Assembly (NCBI GenBank): GCA_020628865.1
Contig: JAHDEJ010000009.1
Span: 80,039-144,038 of the forward strand
Direction: 5' to 3'
Source: Acidimicrobiales bacterium
Lineage (GTDB): Bacteria; Actinomycetota; Acidimicrobiia; Acidimicrobiales; SHLQ01
DNA: 64,000 nucleotides
Part shown: piece after piece, positions 1-8,247 of the stretch
How the letters are laid out: each line of letters starts with the position of its first letter
Numbering within the stretch: position 1 is the stretch's first letter
The notes under the pieces: generated by a model
What the model was told of the DNA's origin: nothing
What the model saw: the letters and a program-made list of their open reading frames with translations, nothing else
The model's database searches: none
Translations under genes and position numbers: made by a program

Positions 1-78
1 AACCCGAAGCTGCTGGAGTGCCCAGGGCACGGGCTCGCTGTACGTGTAGGTCGTCGTGTGGTTGACGCGCAGCCGCAT
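1..78 (-). CDS. transglutaminase-like protein (Bact_transglu_N type), 5' end only; gene runs off the window start
   Basis: Minus strand from 78 reads MRLRVNHTTTYTYSEPVPWALQQLRV. This is the usual N-terminus of the transglutaminase-like partner of COG2308/COG2307 pairs. The ATG lies 2 nt after the alpha-E stop (81-83). Confidence 0.55.
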   Translation of the reverse strand, partial: MRLRVNHTTTYTYSEPVPWALQQLRV

Positions 79-80
79 GG

Positions 81-1022
81 TCACCTCGTGAATCGGTAGT
101 CGGCTTCGATCTGCTCACCGAGCTCGCGGGTGTCGGCCACCCGGGCCAGCAAGAATTCGTGCAGCCCTTCGCCGAAGATCTCGGAGATGTTGCGAGCGGC
201 CACCGAGTGGTGCAGCCGGATGGCGATCTCGTGGGATCGGGGTTTGTCGCCGTAGTCGTAGCCCAGGTACCCGAGGTTGGCGGCGATCTTCCGGTAGCAG
301 AACGCAAGCGACCGTGGCATCCGCGGATCGAGCACGAGGAACTCCGCGATGGATTGCGCATCTGCCGGGCCCCGATGCTGCCAGTGGTAGGCCCGTTGCG
401 CGGACAGCGCTCGAAGGAGGGTCTCCCACTGGACGTTGTCGACCTGCGTTCCAATGAGCAGCGGTGACGGCAGCAGCACGTAGTACTTCACGTCCAGAAT
501 GCGGGCCGTGTTGTCAGCCCGTTCGATGAACGTGCCGAGCCGACAGAAGTTGTAGATGTCGTTGCGCAGCATGGTGCCGTGGAGGGCGCCGCGCACCAGC
601 GCACTCTCTTGACGGATCGCAGCCAATACGTCGGGCAGACGCTGTCGGCTAACCGGTTGACGGAGCACATCGTGCAACCGCATCCAGCAGTCGTTGGTCG
701 CCTCCCACACCTCCCGAGTCAGCGCCGTCCGCACCTGCCGGGCACTCATCCGGGCCGCTTCGATCACCGACAGCACACTCGACGGGTTGGACCGATCGCG
801 CAGGAGAAAGTCGATCACCTTGTCGTCATCGACCGAAGCGTGGTGCTCGAGGTAGAGCTCCTTGGCCGCAGCCGTGTCGAGAATCGACGACCAGTCGTCC
901 ACCTTGTCGGACGATTTCGTCAGCGAGATCCGAAGCCCGGTCTCGACCAGGCGGGCGGTATTCTCGCTTCGTTCGAGGTAGCGGAACATCCAGTAGAGGC
1001 CGCCGGCGGTACGTCCCAGCAT
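81..1022 (-). CDS. alpha-E domain protein (DUF403 / COG2307)
   Basis: ORF 81..1040 carries the motif GGLYWMFRYLERSENTARL. The preferred ATG at 1022 overlaps the upstream stop (TGATG). An alternative start is at 1040. Confidence 0.8.
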   Translation of the reverse strand: MLGRTAGGLYWMFRYLERSENTARLVETGLRISLTKSSDKVDDWSSILDTAAAKELYLEHHASVDDDKVIDFLLRDRSNPSSVLSVIEAARMSARQVRTALTREVWEATNDCWMRLHDVLRQPVSRQRLPDVLAAIRQESALVRGALHGTMLRNDIYNFCRLGTFIERADNTARILDVKYYVLLPSPLLIGTQVDNVQWETLLRALSAQRAYHWQHRGPADAQSIAEFLVLDPRMPRSLAFCYRKIAANLGYLGYDYGDKPRSHEIAIRLHHSVAARNISEIFGEGLHEFLLARVADTRELGEQIEADYRFTR

Positions 1023-2482
1023 CAGTCCTCCAGCACCCACGTGTCCTTGGTGCCGCCGCCCTGGCTCGAGTTGACCACCAGCGAGTTCTCCCGCAACGCC
1101 ACCCGGGTCAGTCCACCCGGCGTGATGTTCACCCCGTCGGGAGAGACCAACACGAAGGGACGGAGGTCGACGTGGCGGGGAGCGAGGCCGGATTGGGTGA
1201 GGATCGGCACCGACGACAGCGCCAACGTCGGCTGAGCGATGTAGGCCTCGGGAGTCGCCCTCAGCTTGGCTGCGAACTCCTCGCGCTCACCCGTGGATGC
1301 GGCCGGCCCGATGAGCATGCCGTAGCCGCCGGAGCCATGGACCTCCTTGACCACCAGCTCGTCGAGGTGGTCCAGCACGTAGGCGAGCGAATCCGGCTCG
1401 CCACACCGCCACGTGCGCACGTTGTCCAGAATGGGCTTCTCACCGGTGTAGAACTCGATGATGTCCGGCATGTACGAGTAGATCGCCTTGTCGTCGGCGA
1501 TGCCGGTACCCGGGGCATTCGCCAGTGTCACGTTGCCGGCCCGGTACACGTCGAACAACCCGGGAACGCCGAGGAGCGAATCGGGGTCGAAATTCAACGG
1601 GTCGATGAAGTCGTCGTCGACACGCCGGTAGAGCACATCGATCGGAAGGTCGCCCTGCGTTGTCCGCATCGTGACCCGCCCATCGATGACGCGAAGGTCA
1701 TCACCCTGCACGAGCTCGGCGCCCATCTGTTCGGCCAGGAACGCATGCTCGAAGTAGGCCGAGTTGAAGATGCCGGGTGTCAGGACCGCCACGACCGGCT
1801 GGCCCGTGCTCGACGCCGGCTGGCAGCGGACGAGCGCGTCTCGCAGACGCATCGGGTAGTCCTCGATCGGCTGCACCCGGATGTCGGAGAAGAGCTCGGG
1901 GAACATGTGGAGCATCGTCTCCCGGTTCTCGAGCATGTACGAGACACCCGACGGCGTTCGAGCGTTGTCTTCGAGCACCGCGAACGACGACTCCCCCGTG
2001 CGGACGAGGTCGATGCCGACGATGTGGGTATAGACGTTGCCGGGTGGGTCGACGCCCACCATCTGCGGGAGGAACGCCGCGTTGTCGATGAACAGCGACT
2101 CCGGGATGCGCCCGGCACGGATGATCTCCTGCCGGTGGTAGATGTCGTACAGGAAGGCGTTGATGGCAACGACGCGCTGCTCGATGCCCTTTTCCAACTG
2201 CCGCCATTCGTGCGCCGCCAGCACACGCGGGACGACATCGAACGGAATGAGTCGCTCCGTCGTGTCCTCATCCCCGTACACGTTGAACGTGATGCCCTTG
2301 CGGCGAAACGAGTGTTCCGCATCGTCTGCCTTCAGCAGCAGCCAGCTCGGGTCTTCTCGTTCGAACCAGTCCTGGTAGGCGCGATAGGGAGCTCGGACGG
2401 CGCTGCCGTCGTCGAACATCTCATCGAAATACCCCTGGCGGACCTTCACGTCTTTCGAGAGTAGGTCATGTACCAGTCCCAC
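1022..2482 (-). CDS. circularly permuted type-2 ATP-grasp protein (COG2308)
   Basis: 486-aa ORF with GITFNVYGD, IPFDVVPR and C-terminal LVVKEVHGSGGYGMLIGP segments typical of this family. It is first in a triad with alpha-E and transglutaminase-like genes. GTG start at 2482, so the exact start is uncertain. Confidence 0.8.
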   Translation of the reverse strand: MGLVHDLLSKDVKVRQGYFDEMFDDGSAVRAPYRAYQDWFEREDPSWLLLKADDAEHSFRRKGITFNVYGDEDTTERLIPFDVVPRVLAAHEWRQLEKGIEQRVVAINAFLYDIYHRQEIIRAGRIPESLFIDNAAFLPQMVGVDPPGNVYTHIVGIDLVRTGESSFAVLEDNARTPSGVSYMLENRETMLHMFPELFSDIRVQPIEDYPMRLRDALVRCQPASSTGQPVVAVLTPGIFNSAYFEHAFLAEQMGAELVQGDDLRVIDGRVTMRTTQGDLPIDVLYRRVDDDFIDPLNFDPDSLLGVPGLFDVYRAGNVTLANAPGTGIADDKAIYSYMPDIIEFYTGEKPILDNVRTWRCGEPDSLAYVLDHLDELVVKEVHGSGGYGMLIGPAASTGEREEFAAKLRATPEAYIAQPTLALSSVPILTQSGLAPRHVDLRPFVLVSPDGVNITPGGLTRVALRENSLVVNSSQGGGTKDTWVLED

Positions 2483-2594
2483 CCCGGGGTCGAAACGCGC
2501 TGTTCACATGCGACCCAACCTCCTGCTCGGATCATCCCGAGACTGTTCACAGAGGGGCAACAGGTGAGAAACAGCCACGACGCACCCGATCCCT

Positions 2595-3011
2595 ATGGTG
2601 CTTGCGATGGTCGATTCGGTTCACCACCCGGATGCAGTTGCGAAAGCAGCGCTGCATTGTGCTGGGATTCCGCTGACGGACCATCGACTGCGCGGAAGCG
2701 TTGCTGTCCTCAGCGGAAGGCATGCTCGTCTCACCGACGAGGAATGGCGGGCGTTGGTGGGCGATGACCAGACCATCGTCGCATTGGAAGCAAGCTCGAC
2801 GAGCGTGGCAATCGCCATTCACCTTCTGAAGCATGGCCAGAAGGCACAAACGCCCGTGGCCTTCGTTCAGCATGGCGACCGCGCCGACGAGCGCATCGAG
2901 GTCGTGTCACTGGGTGACGCTGCACTGTCCGGATGCCCGCTGACGGCCCCGACCACGATGATCATCGGCGAGGTCGCTGGGATGGCCAGGATGGCGCCCG
3001 TGGTCCACTGA
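2595..3011 (+). pseudogene. C-terminal half of a uroporphyrin-III C-methyltransferase-like (tetrapyrrole methylase) protein; N-terminal SAM-binding half missing
   Basis: The 138-aa ORF aligns by eye only to the second subdomain of CobA/SirA-type methylases (AGIPLTDHRL..SVAVLSGR; TPVAFVQHG..ERIEVVSLGD; TMIIGEVAGM). No upstream ORF supplies the N-terminal domain. Confidence 0.35.
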
Positions 3012-3070
3012 CCATCGAAGCGCGACATTCGACCGTCCCCGCGCAGGTCTGGCCCCTCGTCACCCAATCG

Positions 3071-3203
3071 GGTGAAGGGGTCGCGTCTCACTTTCACCCA
3101 TACCGGTGAAGGGGTCGCGTCTCACTTTCACCCACACGGGTGAAGGGGTCGCGTCTCACTTTCACCCGGTCGGGTGAAAGTGAGACCTGACCCCGGTTCA
3201 CCC
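3071..3203. repeat. REP-like palindromic-unit array, 34-bp period
   Basis: Three direct copies of GGTGAAGGGGTCGCGTCTCACTTTCACC at 3071-3099, 3105-3133 and 3139-3167, plus one degenerate inverted copy at 3173-3203. Unit termini GGTGAA/TTCACC are inverted repeats. The array is intergenic. Confidence 0.9.
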
Positions 3204-3219
3204 GGACTACGCTGCGGCG

Positions 3220-3801
3220 ATGGCCGGGGAGAGACGACAGGTATCGGCAGCGCCCGATGCCGATGAACTCCGCCGGTTGGTCGCCCGCATCGCCGAGCAG
3301 GACCAGAACGCCTTCGACGAGCTCGTTCGGCGAACGGCCGGGTTCGTCACCGCTCGATGCACCGCCGTCATCCGCAACCGGGACCTGACCGACGACGCCG
3401 TGCAACGAGTCTTCGTGAAGGTCTGGCAGCAGGCGGAACGCTTCGATGCCGAGCGGGGATCGGTCATCGCCTGGCTCTCGGTGATTTCCCGCAACACATC
3501 TGTCGACCTCGTCCGCACCGAAGAACGGGCAGGGCAGCGAATCCAACGAGCCACCCTCCAGATGACCTCCACCTCCCACGTCCTCGATGATCACGGCGAC
3601 GCTCTCGCCGACCGCAGTGCCGTCGCGGCCGCCCTCGCCGAACTTCCGGAGGACCAGCGGCGCCCCATCGAACTCGCCTTCTTCGGCGACCTCTCGTACA
3701 CCCAGGTCGCAGAGGAACTCGGCCAGCCGGAGGGCACCGTGAAGTCCCGCATCCGTCGGGGCATGGCCCGGCTCGCCGAACTGCTGGAGGAGGCGCGATG
3801 A
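3220..3801 (+). CDS. ECF (sigma-70 family) RNA polymerase sigma factor, SigK-like
   Basis: Region 2 is visible (FDELVRRTAGFV..VQRVFVKVWQQAERFD). Region 4 HTH is visible (LPEDQRRPIELAFFGDLSYTQVAEELGQPEGTVKSRIRRGMARL). An ATGA overlap couples it to the next gene. Confidence 0.9.
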   Translation: MAGERRQVSAAPDADELRRLVARIAEQDQNAFDELVRRTAGFVTARCTAVIRNRDLTDDAVQRVFVKVWQQAERFDAERGSVIAWLSVISRNTSVDLVRTEERAGQRIQRATLQMTSTSHVLDDHGDALADRSAVAAALAELPEDQRRPIELAFFGDLSYTQVAEELGQPEGTVKSRIRRGMARLAELLEEAR

Positions 3802-4472
3802 GCGACGAACTCCACGAGCTGGTCGGGGCCTACGCCCTCGGAGCGATCGACGGGCCGGAAGCCGAGGCCTTCGAAGCCCACCTCGAAACGTGCGCGGAAT
3901 GCCAGGAGGAACTCTTCGGACTCAGCGAGGTCGTGCTCGAACTGGCCGACGAAGGCATCCCCGAAGCTCCGGCTCGGACAGAAGCGGCAGTCTCCCCCAC
4001 CACCCCCGTCGGGGATGCCACCGTGCACGAGCTGCCCCGCCGGAGCGCCAGCCGTTGGCTCGCAGCGGCCGCCGCCGTCGCCGGCCTGTTCTTCGGGTTG
4101 TGGGCATCCGGCGTATTCAGTGAGGACCGGGTGGAAACCATCGCCTCGGCCGCCGACGTGGAAACGATCACACTCGAAGGCGAGAGCGGCACAGTCGACG
4201 TCGTGCTGTCGAATACCGAAGCGGGAGTTGCCCTCGACAACGCGAACCTCGCGGCCCTCGAAGAACCCGAGCTCTACGTGCTGTGGGTGATCCGCCACGA
4301 CGGCGATGCACCGGAGTTCGTGGGCAACATCACCGAATGGAGTGATGTGGACAAGGCCTGGGACCTCTCGGTCAACAACGTCGAGATCCTGGCGATCAGC
4401 ATCGAGCAGGCACCGAGCCCGACCGCGCCATCCGACGAAATCGTGTTCGTCGGCGAACGGCGCCGAAGCTGA
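3798..4472 (+). CDS. anti-sigma factor (zf-HC2 N-terminus, RskA-like C-terminal domain)
   Basis: Carries the HLETCAECQEEL zinc motif, a central TM segment (WLAAAAAVAGLFFGLWA) and a C-terminus YVLWVI..ILAISIEQAPSPTAP typical of anti-sigma-K RskA. It is start/stop-coupled to the ECF sigma gene. Confidence 0.8.
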   Translation: MSDELHELVGAYALGAIDGPEAEAFEAHLETCAECQEELFGLSEVVLELADEGIPEAPARTEAAVSPTTPVGDATVHELPRRSASRWLAAAAAVAGLFFGLWASGVFSEDRVETIASAADVETITLEGESGTVDVVLSNTEAGVALDNANLAALEEPELYVLWVIRHDGDAPEFVGNITEWSDVDKAWDLSVNNVEILAISIEQAPSPTAPSDEIVFVGERRRS

Positions 4473-4481
4473 GGCGAGGGA

Positions 4482-5955
4482 TCAGGCGCAGCCTTCGATC
4501 CAGCGGACCGGATCCAGGAAGCCGTTGCGCATGGCGACGACCACACCGTCCGGATCGGTCTCGAACAGGATCGTCGACTCGGCGTCACCGGCCGGCGTCA
4601 CGGTGAGATAGCGGCCGTCGGGGCCGAGATAGTAGTGCTCGTCCTCCTGCAGCTGGCCGGGGTACGCCGCACGGACATCGTCGATCGTGCTGCCAAGACC
4701 GACCCCTTCCGCCGTCTGCTGATCCTCCCGCACGGCCTCGATTCGAGACACGACCGACTGTTCACCCTCACCCAGCATCATGAACCAGGGGCTCCACGGG
4801 TCACCGGCGATCCGAACGTAGTTGCAACCCTCGGAGATCTCATCGGCGGTGGCCGGATCGTAGGCGGGAGCGCCGAAGTTCTCCGTCAGCTCCGCCCAGG
4901 TGATGCCGAGCTCGACGCCACCGAAGCTGTCGGCCGTGAGGGGCGGCGGCATCGCCGGCGAACGGCGACCCGTCCTCCGAGACGAACGGTTCCGTGAGCA
5001 GGTACATGCCTTCGACACCAGCCGCGTTCCCGAACAGGCAGTCGAACCGGTCGTCGACATGACGGACGTGGGCGTACCCGTCGAAAACGGTGACGTCGAA
5101 GGCACAGTCGACGGCCTCGCCCGACAGTTCGTAGCGGGCCACATTGCCGTCCAGCGCCACGGTCGTCGGATCGATGATCGCCAGGTTGTATGCCGGGCCG
5201 CCCGTCGAGTTGTCGAAGGCGATGGTCACGGTGTCGTTGGTGACATCGGTGATACGCAGCGAACCGGTCGCTCCGCAGCAGACCTCATCACCCGGGAACG
5301 GCGCGAACGCGTACTCGTAGCGACCCGGACGCACCAGCGGATCAAAGAACGTTGGCGTCGGATCGATCCGGTCGAAGGTGAGCTCCATGTCGAGGTCGCC
5401 CCAGGTGGCGTCGCTGACCACGCCGTCGGCGACCGACCCGAGGATCAGGGTTCCCGACACTCGGCCGTCGGCGCCGAACTCGCGGAGCAGCCAGCCATCG
5501 CCGGACGGGTAGGACCGGCCGTGCACGGTGATCGGTTCGCCGACCGTGTCGTAGGTGAGCTCACCACGGACCATGTCCTCGTGTTCCGTGAGCCAGAGGG
5601 AGAAGCCGATCCGGCCGTCGATGGTTCCCGTCCATACGGACCGTTCGCCTTGGGGAGCAATGCTCCCACCCTGCAAGGGATTCGAACCGTCTGCGGTCGC
5701 GTCGGTCAGGTCCGGTTCGTTGTTCTCGTCCGATGCATCGGTGGCGGTTTGGGCCGTCGACGCATCGTCGTCACCCGGCTCGGCGGTACCGGCTTCGCCT
5801 TCATCGCTGCTGGCGTCGTCGATGGAGATGTTGAGCGGGGCGTCGGCCGTCTCGCCATCCGTCGTTCCGTCGGAACCACAGGCGGACAGGGCAGTCAGCG
5901 TCAGGAGCGCAGCCAGAACGGACCGCCATGGGGAGGGCTTCGCGGAGAACATCAT
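4482..5955 (-). pseudogene. secreted lipoprotein of unknown function, apparently frameshifted near 4941-4952
   Basis: Start MMFSAKPSPWRSVLAALLTLTALSAC at 5955 is a signal peptide with a lipobox. The reading frame turns into Arg-rich junk after ..FAGDAAAP. A second frame (ORF 4482..5144) continues with good protein-like sequence from ..LTADSFGGVELGITW. The switch lies in the GC run gccgccgcccc. Confidence 0.5.
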
Positions 5956-6053
5956 GTCTGCACCGTACGAGTGGGCGGCACCCGCGTCACTGGGGAGGTC
6001 ACCCGACAAGGCAGCGGCAACTCCGGCTGGGTGCGGCCCACTACGGTGATGCC

Positions 6054-7382
6054 GTGGTCCAGCACGCACACAGCCACAGTCACGACCACGGCCTCACCGG
6101 CGGGTGGAGCGTCTGGCTTCAGCACCCGGCGCTGAAGGCCGTCCTCGCCGCAGTCGGCGCCGTGGCCGTGGCCACCGTCATCGGCATCGTCCTGTTGTGG
6201 CCGACCGGCGAGGGAGCGGCCGAGGCGACGGAACGGGCGGATGAGCTCGGTGTGTTCACCGACCGAGTCTCCGCCGTCGTCGATGAAGCGGTGGAGGCTG
6301 AGTGCAGCTACTCGACACTCGAGCGACCACAGCGCTGCCTCATGTTGGTGCTCACCATCGAGGAGGGTCCGGATGCCGGCGCGGTGATCGGCCTGCCGGA
6401 GATCAACCGCCAGTTGCAGCCCGGCGTTCCGCTCCTCGAAGCCGGCGATGAGGTCGTGCTGCAGTACGCGCCGACCACCAACAGCTACGCCTATGCCGAT
6501 CGGGAGCGGGGCTCCACGCTCGTCTGGCTGCTCATCGCGTTCGTTGTCGTGGTGGTCGCCCTCGGGCGCAGCCGGGGTGTGCTTGCGCTGCTGTCCATGG
6601 CGTCCACGGTCGCCGTGCTCGTGGGATTCATCGCCCCGAGCGTGCTCGACGGAAACGATCCGGTGCTCGTGGCCGTCGTCGCCGCATCCGCCATCGCGTT
6701 CTTCAGCCTGTACCTCACACACGGCTTCTCGCCGACGACCACCGTGGCGCTCGCCGGAACACTTGGCGCGCTGCTTCTCACGCTCGCACTCGCCGCGCTC
6801 TTCTTCCAGCTCTCCCGATTTACGGGGCTGGCATCGACCGATTCGCTGATCCTCCCGTTCCTCGCCACCGATCTGGACATGACCGGCCTGTTGTTGGGTG
6901 GCGCCGTCATCGGTTCGTTGGGCGCGCTCGACGACGTCACCGTCACCCAGGTGGCGACGGTGGCCGAGCTGCAGCACCGCAATCCGAACCTCCGCCGCTC
7001 CGAGCTCATCACCTCCGGAATTCGGGTGGGCCGCGAGCACATCGCGTCCACCGTCAACACCCTCCTGCTCGCCTACGCCGGCGCGAGCATGCCGATCCTC
7101 CTCGGCTTCGCCATCAGCAACCAGTCGCTTGCCAAGGTCGCCAACTCGGAGGCGGTTGCTGTGGAGATCGTGCGCACGTTGTGCGGTTCGATCGGCCTCG
7201 TCGCTGCTGTTCCGATCACCACGACGCTCGCAGCGATCGTGACCGCCGGGATGGCCGCGTCGACCGGCCCGCTGCACGAGCATGACGACGACGGCGCAGG
7301 TGCTGCGCCGACGCCCAACGATGAGCTCGACGCCACGCCACGCTGGGAGGACTTCGGCCCCCGGGACGAACCGCTCAGCTGA
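6054..7382 (+). CDS. YibE/F family integral membrane protein
   Basis: An N-terminal TM is followed by an extracytoplasmic domain and then about 7 TM helices (LLIAFVVVVVALGRSRGVLALLSM...). The GTG at 6054 is chosen because upstream ORF sequence overlaps the divergent lipoprotein gene. The N-terminus is His-rich (HAHSHSHDH). Confidence 0.65.
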   Translation: MVQHAHSHSHDHGLTGGWSVWLQHPALKAVLAAVGAVAVATVIGIVLLWPTGEGAAEATERADELGVFTDRVSAVVDEAVEAECSYSTLERPQRCLMLVLTIEEGPDAGAVIGLPEINRQLQPGVPLLEAGDEVVLQYAPTTNSYAYADRERGSTLVWLLIAFVVVVVALGRSRGVLALLSMASTVAVLVGFIAPSVLDGNDPVLVAVVAASAIAFFSLYLTHGFSPTTTVALAGTLGALLLTLALAALFFQLSRFTGLASTDSLILPFLATDLDMTGLLLGGAVIGSLGALDDVTVTQVATVAELQHRNPNLRRSELITSGIRVGREHIASTVNTLLLAYAGASMPILLGFAISNQSLAKVANSEAVAVEIVRTLCGSIGLVAAVPITTTLAAIVTAGMAASTGPLHEHDDDGAGAAPTPNDELDATPRWEDFGPRDEPLS

Positions 7383-7471
7383 CCGGCCGAACAACCGATC
7401 CGACCGCGGAAACTGGCGTCAGGCGTGGAGAACGCGGTCGGGGGCCAGTACCATCAAGAGCTGCAAACCAT

Positions 7472-7563
7472 GGAGAGGTGGCCGAGTCAGGTCGAAGGCG
7501 CTCCCCTGCTAAGGGAGTTCGGGGTTTATAGCCTCGACGTGGGTTCAAATCCCACCCTCTCCG
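7472..7563 (+). tRNA. tRNA-Ser (anticodon GCT)
   Basis: Acceptor stem GGAGAGG/CCTCTCC, anticodon loop CTGCTAA (GCT at 7508-7510), long variable arm and T-loop GTGGGTTCAAATCCCAC. CCA is not encoded. Confidence 0.9.
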
Positions 7564-7569
7564 CAAGAA

Positions 7570-7613
7570 ACGAACCCCCGGAATCATCGATTCACGGGGG
7601 TTCGTCCGTTTTC
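7570..7613. terminator. bidirectional intrinsic terminator hairpin
   Basis: Stem ACGAACCCCCG (7570-7580) pairs with CGGGGGTTCGT (7594-7604) and is followed by CCGTTTTCC. It sits between tRNA-Ser (+) and the 3' end of the TetR gene (-). Confidence 0.7.
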
Positions 7614-7621
7614 CGGCTCGA

Positions 7622-8197
7622 TCAGTTCGGTTCGCTCACCGCAGCCAGTCCGGCAGCCAGCCGTTGCCGAATCTCACCGTCCCGATCCGAGCGCAGGACC
7701 ATGGGATTGTTGATCCCCTGACAGAAGGCGATCAGCGCTTCAGCCTGCGCTCGACGATCCACGCCGCCCAATGCGGACTCGGCCAGCTCGACGGTTCGTT
7801 CTTCAGCGGCGCGATACACCTCCCGGATCGGACGGTGCTCGGGAAGCCGGGCGACTGCGAGCCGATAGAGCAGGGCCCGATCGCTGAAGTGGTCGATGAG
7901 GCGGTCCACGGTGGCCCTCGACCACTCGTCTTGCGGAGTGACGGCGAAGCCGAGCCGATCGTCACCGAAGACGGACGTCACGAGGACAACGAGTTCGTCG
8001 AGCGTCTGGGAGAAGGCAGCCGCGACTGCGTCGTCCTTGGACTCGAAGTGGGCCCAGAACGTTCCAACCGTGCAACCGGCAGCGGCGGCTACGTCTTCTG
8101 CCACGAAGCCGCCGTGGAGGCAGAGCTGGTCGTGCACGGCGCTGGTGAGCGCCGCCCGTGTGCGCCGGCTCCGTGCGGTCTTCGTGGGCGTGGCCAT
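7622..8197 (-). CDS. TetR/AcrR family transcriptional regulator
   Basis: N-terminal HTH RRTRAALTSAVHDQLCLHGGFVAEDVAAAAGCTVGTFWAHFESKDDAV. It is divergent from the monooxygenase gene. Confidence 0.9.
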   Translation of the reverse strand: MATPTKTARSRRTRAALTSAVHDQLCLHGGFVAEDVAAAAGCTVGTFWAHFESKDDAVAAAFSQTLDELVVLVTSVFGDDRLGFAVTPQDEWSRATVDRLIDHFSDRALLYRLAVARLPEHRPIREVYRAAEERTVELAESALGGVDRRAQAEALIAFCQGINNPMVLRSDRDGEIRQRLAAGLAAVSEPN

Positions 8198-8222
8198 GCG
8201 TCGATTCTACGTGACCTGGTGC

Positions 8223-8247
8223 GTTTTCGTAGTTACACTACGAAAAC
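8223..8247. promoter_or_regulatory. perfect palindromic operator candidate (10-5-10)
   Basis: GTTTTCGTAG (8223-8232), TTACA, CTACGAAAAC (8238-8247), ending directly at the ATG at 8248. The -10-like TACACT at 8234-8239 lies inside the palindrome. Confidence 0.6.

Noticed and set aside
3071-3203. Possible CRISPR array (also considered for 14388-14564 and 10078-10141)
   Set aside because: The 34-bp-period units are separated by only ~5 bp, and the 53-bp units are contiguous. There are therefore no unique spacers. No cas genes are present in the window.
5952-7394. 480-aa ORF on the minus strand
   Set aside because: It is antisense to the YibE/F membrane protein gene. Its Arg/Asp/Gly-rich composition is unlike a real protein.
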